A stretch of 64,000 bases of DNA, taken from assembly GCA_038063915.1 (NCBI GenBank), contig JBBTUE010000005.1:10547-74546 (forward strand), given 5' to 3'. Origin of the DNA: Patescibacteria group bacterium. GTDB taxonomy: Bacteria > Patescibacteriota > Minisyncoccia > Phycocordibacterales > UBA9973. The notes below the pieces were generated by a model that saw only the letters and a list, made by a program, of their open reading frames with translations, ran no database searches and was not told the origin of the DNA. Below are positions 8,860-16,601 of the stretch, piece after piece; the first letter of the stretch is position 1, and each line of letters starts with the position of its first letter. Position numbers and translations under genes: made by a program.

Positions 8860-9891
8860 ATGGAAAATCAAAATAAAAAACTTACATTTCACGTACACGG
8901 TATGCATTGCAATGCCTGTGTACTTCTAACAGAAAGTGAATTAAAAGATTTACCTAATATTACATACGTAAAATCAAGTCTCAAGAGCCATACTGTCGAA
9001 GTTGTAGGTGGCTTTGGTGATAAAACAGAGATAGAAATTGCGCAAGAGCTGACTATACCACTACGACCGCATGGATACACTATCTCGATTGAGAAACAAA
9101 CACACAATGCAAAATGGAAGGAATTTAATATTGCGCTACCTATAGCCCTCGGTTTCATCATACTCTTTATAGTTTTACAGAAAATGGGGATAGTGAATAT
9201 GGTAAGTAGTGGAAATGTAACTTATGGCACCGCATTTGTAATTGGCATCATTGCTTCGCTCTCGACCTGCATGGCAGTCGTAGGAGGACTACTTCTATCG
9301 ATGTCAGCTACATTTGCAAAAGAAGGAGATAAAGTTCGACCACAAATTATGTTTCATATCGGGAGAATAGTCTCGTTTTTTATTCTTGGTGGAGTTATAG
9401 GTGCTATTGGATCGGCATTCACACTCAGTACTACAGCTACATTTATTTTAAGTTTGGTGATTGGTATTGTGATGCTCATCCTAGGTATCAATCTTCTTGG
9501 AATTTTTCCTTGGGCGAAAAAATTGCAACCATCGATGCCAAAGTTTATCGCGCGTCATGCTCATGGCGTATCGAAGCTAAGCCACACCCTCACTCCACTC
9601 CTTGTCGGTATTGCGACATTTTTCTTACCATGCGGATTTACTCAATCAATGCAACTCTATACTCTCACAACGGGAAGCTTTGCAAAAGGAGGACTGACAA
9701 TGCTAGCATTCGCGCTCGGTACACTTCCAGTACTCGCGCTCATAAGCTTCAGTTCTTTTAGTATTAAAAATAGCTCAAAATCAGGCATATTCTTCAAGTC
9801 AGCAGGACTGATAGTTATAATATTTGCACTCTTTAACCTCATCAACAGTCTGGTCGTAGTTGGAGTCATACCACCAATCTTTAACTTCTAG
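8860..9891 (+). CDS. heavy-metal-associated (HMA) domain fused to a CcdA/DsbD-like polytopic membrane domain
   Basis: N-terminal GMHCNACV metal-binding fold. Multi-pass membrane domain with the conserved Cys residues in LSTCMAVVGG and FFLPCGFTQS, as in CcdA/DsbD_2. Confidence 0.7.
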   Translation: MENQNKKLTFHVHGMHCNACVLLTESELKDLPNITYVKSSLKSHTVEVVGGFGDKTEIEIAQELTIPLRPHGYTISIEKQTHNAKWKEFNIALPIALGFIILFIVLQKMGIVNMVSSGNVTYGTAFVIGIIASLSTCMAVVGGLLLSMSATFAKEGDKVRPQIMFHIGRIVSFFILGGVIGAIGSAFTLSTTATFILSLVIGIVMLILGINLLGIFPWAKKLQPSMPKFIARHAHGVSKLSHTLTPLLVGIATFFLPCGFTQSMQLYTLTTGSFAKGGLTMLAFALGTLPVLALISFSSFSIKNSSKSGIFFKSAGLIVIIFALFNLINSLVVVGVIPPIFNF

Positions 9892-9903
9892 TATAATCAT
9901 AAT

Positions 9904-10290
9904 ATGAAAGCAACCATTATTTCAGTTACCATTGCAGTAGTCCTAGTAGGAGGAGCAATATTGTTTGTTAATACAGCGCCTAAAAGAGAAGTTGCTCCAA
10001 TCAATAATGTCAGTATAGTTGACGGCAAGCAGATTATTGAAATAAAAGCCAAAGGGGGATATGTTCCACGATCAAGTGTCGCCCAAGCAGGTCTGCCTAC
10101 TATAGTTCGTTTTAACACTAAGGGTACTTTTGATTGTTCGTCCTCTATACGTATTCCAAGTTTAGGAATAAGTAAAATACTTCCACAATCAGGTTCTACT
10201 GATATTGATTTGGGAAGTCCAAAATTAGGGACACTCCTTGGGTCCTGTGGTATGGGAATGTACCCATTTGAAATTGAATTTAAAAGTTAA
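9904..10290 (+). CDS. membrane-anchored cupredoxin-like domain protein (putative copper-binding)
   Basis: N-terminal transmembrane segment, beta-rich domain, C-terminal GSCGMGMYPFEIEF Cys/Met-rich motif. Lies in the copper island. Confidence 0.5.
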   Translation: MKATIISVTIAVVLVGGAILFVNTAPKREVAPINNVSIVDGKQIIEIKAKGGYVPRSSVAQAGLPTIVRFNTKGTFDCSSSIRIPSLGISKILPQSGSTDIDLGSPKLGTLLGSCGMGMYPFEIEFKS

Positions 10291-10298
10291 CCAAAGTT

Positions 10299-10424
10299 CT
10301 ATTTGTGTTTTCTTGAAGCACGCTTTTTTGCTATCATCTCGTATTTTACTGCAAGACGCTTCTTTGTCTTGCGAGAATGCTTAGATTTTTTCTGTGGATG
10401 TAGTGAGGTTGCTCGCTTTGCCAT
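10299..10424 (-). CDS. 41-aa highly basic small protein (hypothetical). It is not in the ORF track because of its length.
   Basis: ATG at 10424 to TAG at 10299. MAKRATSLHPQKKSKHSRKTKKRLAVKYEMIAKKRASRKHK is more than 40 percent Lys/Arg. I could not match it to a known ribosomal protein. Confidence 0.3.
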   Translation of the reverse strand: MAKRATSLHPQKKSKHSRKTKKRLAVKYEMIAKKRASRKHK

Positions 10425-10547
10425 ATAATTTCTGTTTTCGTTATTAGTAATATGTGATATACAGTATACATTAAATTTTGAGATTAATCCAATAATAAAA
10501 AAAGCCAGCCTTGTAAAAAGACCAGCTTCATCATGATCACAATATCT

Positions 10548-10832
10548 TTATTTAAAAGGAAGCTCCTTCCTTCCAAGCAATTCGCCTTCAATGCGATGAA
10601 TTGCATCAAGTGCAGTATCGTGGCATCCACGATGCTTATTGCTTGCAAGCAACATTTTGTAAGCCCGCATTGCACACTTGAGTGCTTTGGTGGTAACTCC
10701 TGACAGATTGTCATAGAGGTAGCTTACTTTCTTTTTCGGGGTCCGCACGGGTTTTTTTGCCATAAGTCTAGATTTGTTAGTTGATAGATTACTCCAGTCA
10801 CTTTTTGTAAGGGGACTAAAGTAATCTATCAA
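10548..10832 (-). CDS. small basic helical protein (hypothetical; true start may be the internal MAKKPVRTPKKK at about 10763)
   Basis: ORF only. Basic N-terminus followed by predicted helices. No family recognised. Confidence 0.3.
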   Translation of the reverse strand: MIDYFSPLTKSDWSNLSTNKSRLMAKKPVRTPKKKVSYLYDNLSGVTTKALKCAMRAYKMLLASNKHRGCHDTALDAIHRIEGELLGRKELPFK

Positions 10833-10964
10833 TACAAACTAAGTAATCAAGGCAAACTTCAATTTCTTGTAGTATATAGTATTTTTACTAATTTGTCAAG
10901 CTGTCTCAGAACTTAGAGCTGTGTTCGAAGTGCCTTAATTGAGAGAATTTGATAAAATAATAGA

Positions 10965-11216
10965 ATGCTAAAAAAAGGAATCGTCACTGATATGGTACAT
11001 AAAACGCCAGAGGATTTACAAAAGAGCCTCACTTCTAGTAAAACAGCATTGGAAACATGGGAAAATATCACCCCACTCGCACGCAATGAGTGGATTTGCT
11101 GGGTTACGTCTGGTAAAAAGGCGGAGACTAGGGATATTCGCATAAAAAAGGCCATATCAAAACTCAATGGAGGAATACGCCGACCTTGCTGTTGGGCTGG
11201 GTGTCCCCATCGTTGA
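10965..11216 (+). CDS. YdeI/OmdA (bacteriocin-protection) family small protein
   Basis: NEWICWVTSGKKAETRDIRIKKAISKLNGGIRRPCCWAGCPHR matches the conserved C-terminal PCCW-GC-HR signature of the YdeI/OmpD-associated family. Confidence 0.7.
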   Translation: MLKKGIVTDMVHKTPEDLQKSLTSSKTALETWENITPLARNEWICWVTSGKKAETRDIRIKKAISKLNGGIRRPCCWAGCPHR

Positions 11217-11258
11217 ATATATACTCACTTAACTTTGGAGTATGTTCAAGTAGCTATC

Positions 11259-11792
11259 TTAGAAAAATACACTGAAAACCATATAATTGAAGCTTAAATT
11301 TATTAAAAAATGAGAAATAGTAAGGAGGTAAATATTTCTAAACTTTAGGAAATGCCAACCCCAAAAATATCCTCCGACGAAAGTCAAACCAGCAAAAATA
11401 AGACCTGTGCTGGACCACGTATACGGAGCTACTAGATGGATCATTACAAAGATAATAACACTGGTCCACAATGCTTTTTGTTTGCCCCAGCGTTCAAGAG
11501 AACTTATTAGTAATCCTCTAAATAGTATTTCTTGAAGAAGACATATCGCGAGTAGTGGTAATAGTGGATCTTTATCTGTCATCCAATCTGGTAGAACTAT
11601 GAATTTAGTTGTTATAGTTATTTGTATTAAAGCAAAAATAATCGCGCTAAATAACAATATCTGCCACCAACCACTAAACAATGATTTAGGTCTTAGGCCT
11701 AGCTTTTCCCAACTAATTTTTTTAACACATATTGCCAAAATCAGTAGTACTATACTAGTTGCAAATATAAATATATTTTCTGCAGGGGTCAT
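11259..11792 (-). CDS. CPBP family intramembrane metalloprotease (CAAX protease / Abi-like)
   Basis: Polytopic membrane protein with the EILFRGLL (EExxxR) motif and downstream His motifs. Confidence 0.75.
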   Translation of the reverse strand: MTPAENIFIFATSIVLLILAICVKKISWEKLGLRPKSLFSGWWQILLFSAIIFALIQITITTKFIVLPDWMTDKDPLLPLLAICLLQEILFRGLLISSLERWGKQKALWTSVIIFVMIHLVAPYTWSSTGLIFAGLTFVGGYFWGWHFLKFRNIYLLTISHFLINLSFNYMVFSVFF

Positions 11793-11810
11793 ATTTAATA
11801 ACTTAATTTC

Positions 11811-12191
11811 TTAGGCTTCCACTATTGGTTTGAACCCTCCACATGCGAAACGCTTCATATCAACCGGCATAGTGGAGGGATCAAAATCTTTCATGCTCGG
11901 ATCATTCATTACTTTCTTGTTCACTTGATCTCTGTGAGCACGAGATTTATATACAATCCAGGAGAAAATAACAGTCTCATCAGCCTTAAGGCCTGCAAGC
12001 TTCATAAAGCCTTTCTGTGGCATTCCTTTTTTAACTTTCAAATCATTGCCTACGCATTCAAAATACTCTAAGGCGCCATTTTTCTTCCACATCCTAGCTC
12101 CCCATTCTGCCATCTTTTTGTAAGCTGCTAAATCCTTCTTCTTTATCGGTATTACAAATCCATCCACATATTTTTTACTATTTGTCTTCAT
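11811..12191 (-). CDS. DUF1428 family protein
   Basis: YVDGFVIPIKKKDL...ALEYFECVGNDL...IVYKSRAHRDQVNKKVMNDP pattern. Confidence 0.7.
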   Translation of the reverse strand: MKTNSKKYVDGFVIPIKKKDLAAYKKMAEWGARMWKKNGALEYFECVGNDLKVKKGMPQKGFMKLAGLKADETVIFSWIVYKSRAHRDQVNKKVMNDPSMKDFDPSTMPVDMKRFACGGFKPIVEA

Positions 12192-12392
12192 ATTGTTTTA
12201 TTAAAAATTGATAATAAAATACTTGCTAATTTTAGCATAGGTTTTAACTTCTACTAAGGTAGGAAAAATAACCATTGAAATATATGGCTTAAAATTTTGC
12301 TCTGAACCTGGGAGGATGTTCGAATAGCCATAATAAGCTCCGGATTTTCATCACCTATATCTATTTGAAATTTTCGTCTATAATACTCAGGT

Positions 12393-13607
12393 ATGAAGTT
12401 ACCATATACTATAAAAAAAGGTCTTACACAAGAACATGCTGATAAATGGCAAAAGCAGTTCATAGATAACAATCGTGCGGTGTTTGAAAGTATTTGGAGA
12501 AGGACTCAAGATAAGAAAAATACTGACCTTTCTGGTTGGACATCTGATGACGATAAGCGAAGAAGAATGCTGCACTTCTATGATTTATATGATGTAGTAA
12601 CTGAAAAAGATAGATATGCATTTAAATTAGTTGCACCGTATTTGTGGCTTTCTCTGGCGTTTCCTGAAACCGAACTTAAGGTGTACGAATCTCAGATATA
12701 TACTGCACTAGAAAATGGTAGTTGGAAATTAAAAGATAAAAATAGAGATTTAACAGAAGTATATATTCGAGGTGATCTTATCTTTACTATTGCGAGACCT
12801 ATATCTTATCCTGCAGATGAAACAGCATCTCGAACATTTCCAGAGCATTATAAATTGCTTGACCTTACCCTTACTTCTACTGCAACGAAAATCCCTATAG
12901 AAAAAACAATGCACCCATGGAGTGTTTTCAATACAGGTATTAGGATAAAAGATATACCCGGAAGTCCTCAGATTGTTACTGATCTGACTGAATTAATTCA
13001 ATATCTTCCAATGCAGCTTGAGTTAGGTTGTGGGCCATCTGTTGAACTTGGTATACCACCTCTCCATTATCTTCATCAAGTATATTTTGTATCAGATCCC
13101 GTTACTCATAAATTTATTCTTTCTCCAGAACAAGATAGGTTACTAACTGATCTACTTTCAAATCCAGAAGATTTCTTTTTACGTTCTTCGATCCCTTATC
13201 TACGCTCAATCACTGCAATGCCGAATGAGTTTTTCTTATTACTACGAGAACTTAAAAATCGAGGACTTCTTGTTGGTGATGTTATAACAAATAATTTTGA
13301 TGGGTTACCTTCATTGGTAGGACTTACCGAGAAATATGTTAGACAATATGAGGAAGTTAAAATTATTCCGCATATTGATTTTCATCCACAGACTAAATCT
13401 CTTTTTGTTATTGGTACTCATGCTGACCGTAGACGTATTCAGCGTTCAGCGCGAGAGCACGGATTGAAGGTTATTTATATTGATCCAGAAGGGTACTATG
13501 AGAATGGAACTTTTAGGAGCTATCCACTTGAGTCACCACAAGATACAGATATTCTAGTGAAGATGACTGCTACAGAATTTGCAAAAAAATTCGGGAAGTC
13601 ATTATGA
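12393..13607 (+). CDS. SIR2-like (DHS-like NAD-binding) domain protein with an uncharacterised 200-aa N-terminal domain
   Basis: C-terminal half has LGCGPSVELGIPP (GAGxS...GIP), then a helix plus VITNNFDGL (TQNIDxL-like), and VIGTHADRRRI (VIGTSL-like). These occur in sirtuin order. Confidence 0.6.
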   Translation: MKLPYTIKKGLTQEHADKWQKQFIDNNRAVFESIWRRTQDKKNTDLSGWTSDDDKRRRMLHFYDLYDVVTEKDRYAFKLVAPYLWLSLAFPETELKVYESQIYTALENGSWKLKDKNRDLTEVYIRGDLIFTIARPISYPADETASRTFPEHYKLLDLTLTSTATKIPIEKTMHPWSVFNTGIRIKDIPGSPQIVTDLTELIQYLPMQLELGCGPSVELGIPPLHYLHQVYFVSDPVTHKFILSPEQDRLLTDLLSNPEDFFLRSSIPYLRSITAMPNEFFLLLRELKNRGLLVGDVITNNFDGLPSLVGLTEKYVRQYEEVKIIPHIDFHPQTKSLFVIGTHADRRRIQRSAREHGLKVIYIDPEGYYENGTFRSYPLESPQDTDILVKMTATEFAKKFGKSL

Positions 13608-13620
13608 ATTATACTGTCTA

Positions 13621-13638
13621 GCTCCCCGGGTAGGGAAT
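13621..13638 (-). repeat. direct repeat of the tRNA-Asn 3-prime end (GCTCCCCGGGTAGGGA plus flank)
   Basis: 17 to 18 nt identical to 13783..13800. Sits in a highly structured 140-bp segment about 145 bp from the intact tRNA. Confidence 0.6.
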
Positions 13639-13783
13639 CTCGGCTTACCGCCGCAGGTACTTTTCTGGTTGTAAACAATACAGAAAAGTCTTTCGATCCC
13701 TACACGCACGACAAGCAGTTGTCGTGCTCTCGTGGAAGCATATACTAAAAAACCTAGACACAAGTCTAAATTTTTTAGTATTG

Positions 13784-13855
13784 CTCCCCGGGTAGGGATC
13801 GAACCTACGACCAATCGCTTAACAGGCGATTGCTCTACCGCTGAGCTACCGGGGA
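13784..13855 (-). tRNA. tRNA-Asn (anticodon GTT)
   Basis: Minus-strand cloverleaf: acceptor TCCCCGG/CCGGGGA, D-arm TAGCTCAGCGGTAGAGCA, anticodon loop CTGTTAA, T-arm GTAGGTTCGATCCCTAC. Confidence 0.9.
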
Positions 13856-13911
13856 ATGTTTAAAACTTAAATAACCCATACATGCTAGCAAAAAACTCCC
13901 AAAAAAGCAAA

Positions 13912-13941
13912 GAAAAAGCCCTATTATAATAGGGCTTTTTC
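13912..13941. terminator. bidirectional rho-independent terminator (AGCCCTATTA/TAATAGGGCT palindrome flanked by A- and T-runs)
   Basis: Perfect 10-bp palindrome between an A-run and a T-run. Confidence 0.6.
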
Positions 13942-13961
13942 TTGATAGAGATTATTAATTT

Positions 13962-14426
13962 CTAGAGACCAGACTCTGATTCTGAGTTACTTGAGTCACT
14001 CAAGCTTGATGGAGCCTTACATGCCTTTTGGGCGGTTCTAAATACACTCCATGCATTCTTACGAGCCGTTCTCCACTCAGTGCGAGCAGACTTCATAGAA
14101 GAATTGAAAGTCTTCCAAGCCGTCTTTACTGCAGACCTAACTGCATCCTTAGTTGTAAGAGTGTAAGCCTGGGCAAGGGCTGTAGCGCGAGCACTATAAG
14201 CTGCATTTGCAGCAGTCGTGTACTTTGTCGCAGCAGCGCCTATAGCTTGCTCACGAGCGTTTACTGCCGTACCTACACATGCAATTGTTGTAGGGGATAC
14301 TGTTACCACTGTTGGAGCTACTGTTGTAGTTGGAACTCCAGAGTTCTCTTCAGCTAATGCTGGGAGAGCCATAGAGGCCATGATAGCCATAGCAGCTACT
14401 GTCTTTGTGAAATTCATATTTAACAT
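13962..14426 (-). CDS. secreted Ala/Thr-rich helical protein (hypothetical)
   Basis: Signal peptide MLNMNFTKTVAAMAIMASMALPALA. The rest is low-complexity Ala/Thr/Lys-rich sequence. Confidence 0.5.
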   Translation of the reverse strand: MLNMNFTKTVAAMAIMASMALPALAEENSGVPTTTVAPTVVTVSPTTIACVGTAVNAREQAIGAAATKYTTAANAAYSARATALAQAYTLTTKDAVRSAVKTAWKTFNSSMKSARTEWRTARKNAWSVFRTAQKACKAPSSLSDSSNSESESGL

Positions 14427-14580
14427 TTTTAAATTGTTGATAATTATTAATGTATAAAATCGACTTATACATTATACAATAACGTAAGATAAAGCATATC
14501 GTGACAATCTGTATAAAAGTGGTATATTTACAAACCTTTCGATATATGGTAATTTAATAAAAAACTTAAAACCTACTTCC

Positions 14581-15153
14581 ATGATTAATACTGAATACTT
14601 AAAAAACCTCATAAGCGAGACTATTAATGATGAGTTGGCTACTTTTGAAAAAAGAAAAGATGAGGCGGACTTCCTAACTTCATCCTTGAGGTTTAGCATC
14701 GCAATGTTTAGCATTGCACTTCATATATGCCTAAGGCCAGATCCATACCTGTTTGAGCGGCCTTCGGCTGTGATAATATCACTTATTTTAGGCTGGTTTA
14801 TATCAAGGAGGGTATTTGAAAAAAAGATGGAGCGGCTTACATTCTACTGGGATGACTTAAATAAATTAGTGGAACATGCAAGGCAATACTTCGATTTTCA
14901 GTCAGTCGAAAAGTGTGTTATTGATGGAATTGAGGAAGATGTCCATAAAACCATAAATAAAAAGTACTATAGGGGTTTTATCACAAGTAACGCATTCTAC
15001 TATATCGTGCATGTGTCCGCACTTGGTATTGGGCTCGTATTTTTTCTAACAATACCAGACACATTATTCTGGAGGAGAGGATTGTTCTCACTATTTCTGG
15101 CGTACTTTCTGTCAGAGACCGTACTCACTATTAAGAATATAAAAGTTCTTTAA
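14581..15153 (+). CDS. hypothetical membrane protein
   Basis: ORF with several predicted transmembrane helices. No family recognised. Confidence 0.45.
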   Translation: MINTEYLKNLISETINDELATFEKRKDEADFLTSSLRFSIAMFSIALHICLRPDPYLFERPSAVIISLILGWFISRRVFEKKMERLTFYWDDLNKLVEHARQYFDFQSVEKCVIDGIEEDVHKTINKKYYRGFITSNAFYYIVHVSALGIGLVFFLTIPDTLFWRRGLFSLFLAYFLSETVLTIKNIKVL

Positions 15154-15174
15154 GAAGAAGTGTAGTTAATATCG

Positions 15175-15207
15175 AAAAAGGGTTCCGTAATCACGGGACC
15201 CTTTTTT
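15175..15207 (+). terminator. rho-independent terminator (GGGTTCCGTAATCACGGGACCC followed by a T-run)
   Basis: Inverted repeat followed by TTTTTT. Confidence 0.55.
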
Positions 15208-15357
15208 CTATGATTTCTTTGACTGTTTAGGTTTGCGGACCTGCCTATTGCCGAAATTCTTGACACTGCTCTCCATACGGGAGGCTTGATATAGGCCGCC
15301 CCTTGCCCCTTTTTGCTGTATTTTTATTCCTTTTTTTGACATAAATGTATTATATCA

Positions 15358-15366
15358 GAAATTCTG
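15358..15366 (+). promoter_or_regulatory. extended -10 promoter element TGGTATAAT upstream of hpf
   Basis: TGnTATAAT lies 35 nt upstream of the hpf ATG. No well-spaced -35 element. Confidence 0.4.
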
Positions 15367-15400
15367 GTATAATAGATATTATTAGCTTAGCTTTTTTGAT

Positions 15401-15784
15401 ATGAATATAAATATAAAAGCGACGAATATGGAACTGACTGATGCAATAAGTGATTATGTGAATAAGCGTCTAGCTTCAATTGAAAAATTTGCTCGTGGTG
15501 GAGAAGTCACTGGATTTGTAGAAGTAGGGAAGACTACCAATCACCATAAGCAAGGAGATGTTTATAAAGCCGAATTTGATATAAATTTAAATGGTGAGAA
15601 ATTTTTTGCCAAATCAGAACAGAGCGACCTTTACGCAGCGATTGACGACGCCAAAGAAGAAATTGCTCGTAGTGTGACTCACAATAAGGACCGCAAGCAG
15701 ACGCTGTTTAAAAGAGGAGCATCGAGTGTAAAGAAAATGCTCAAAGGTCTATCGGATCGGAATCCTTTTACTTCAAAATATTAA
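15401..15784 (+). CDS. hpf: ribosome hibernation promoting factor (HPF/RaiA family)
   Basis: MNINIKATNMELTDAISDYVNKRLASIEKF matches the N-terminus of the YfiA/HPF family. Confidence 0.85.
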   Translation: MNINIKATNMELTDAISDYVNKRLASIEKFARGGEVTGFVEVGKTTNHHKQGDVYKAEFDINLNGEKFFAKSEQSDLYAAIDDAKEEIARSVTHNKDRKQTLFKRGASSVKKMLKGLSDRNPFTSKY

Positions 15785-16601
15785 AATCAATCTCCTTTTT
15801 ACCTTCGGGAATAACTCTCTCTATTATGAATGAGTCATTTTCATACTTTGCTTTAGTGATTTTTATTCTCTTTCCATCTTTAAAAAAGAATACTCCTGGC
15901 CAGCCATAGAACGCACGGTATTTATTATAATTTACAGTAGCGTCAGTATTCAGATCAAGCTCTCCATCTTCTTTGCTCATCTTTGTGCAATATGAAGCTC
16001 TGGATTCATCTTGACCTTTTGGTTCAATATTTTTTTCTAGTATATCTGGCAACTTGTTCACTAGCAGATTCGCACCTATAATTGTGAGCTTCTCTAGTAG
16101 CTCGACTTTTGTCTCATCGTTATCAATCTTTACTTCTTCGAGTGCAAGTATTGGTCCGCTGTCGAGCTTGTACTTCATCTCTTGGATGCAAACACCAGTG
16201 AACTCATCTCCACGAAGGATGGCTTCTTCTACGGGCGATGCACCTCTGTATTTAGGAAGGAGGGAATAATGAATATTTATTGTACCTAACGCAGGTACTT
16301 CAATAATATCTTCAGGCAGTATTTTCCCATAAGCAATAACGATAGATAGGTCGACTCCCCATTTTTTAAATTCTTCTATAAATTCCGCTGTAATTTTCTC
16401 AGGTTTTAGGCATTCTATATTATGAGCCCTAGCCCAAATACTAACAGGAGTATCGGTCATATTCATTCCACGGCCAGATCTTCTATCTGGTGACGTGATT
16501 ATAACTTTTGGTATATATCCAGCATCGCATAGGATCTCGAGTGTATCACTCGCGACCTCCGGTGTACCAAAGAATGCGAAAGTTTTAGTTGTATTCTTCA
16601 T
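15768..16601 (-). CDS. fmt: methionyl-tRNA formyltransferase
   Basis: FFGTPEVA N-terminus, formyltransferase N- and C-domains, in operon with def. Confidence 0.9.
   Translation of the reverse strand: MKNTTKTFAFFGTPEVASDTLEILCDAGYIPKVIITSPDRRSGRGMNMTDTPVSIWARAHNIECLKPEKITAEFIEEFKKWGVDLSIVIAYGKILPEDIIEVPALGTINIHYSLLPKYRGASPVEEAILRGDEFTGVCIQEMKYKLDSGPILALEEVKIDNDETKVELLEKLTIIGANLLVNKLPDILEKNIEPKGQDESRASYCTKMSKEDGELDLNTDATVNYNKYRAFYGWPGVFFFKDGKRIKITKAKYENDSFIIERVIPEGKKEIDFNILK

Noticed and set aside
12254-12472. 72-aa minus-strand ORF upstream of the SIR2-like gene
   Set aside because: It overlaps the start of the much longer, motif-supported SIR2-like ORF. It has no features of its own.
13610-13860. 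Full integrated prophage or ICE at tRNA-Asn
   Set aside because: The tRNA 3-prime direct repeat is real, but the two copies are only about 145 bp apart. No integrase, recombinase or phage gene lies in the window, so at most a scar or remnant can be claimed.
15328-15333. TTGACA hexamer upstream of hpf as a -35 element
   Set aside because: It lies 26 nt from the TATAAT box, too far for a sigma70 spacer. Only the extended -10 TGGTATAAT is reported.
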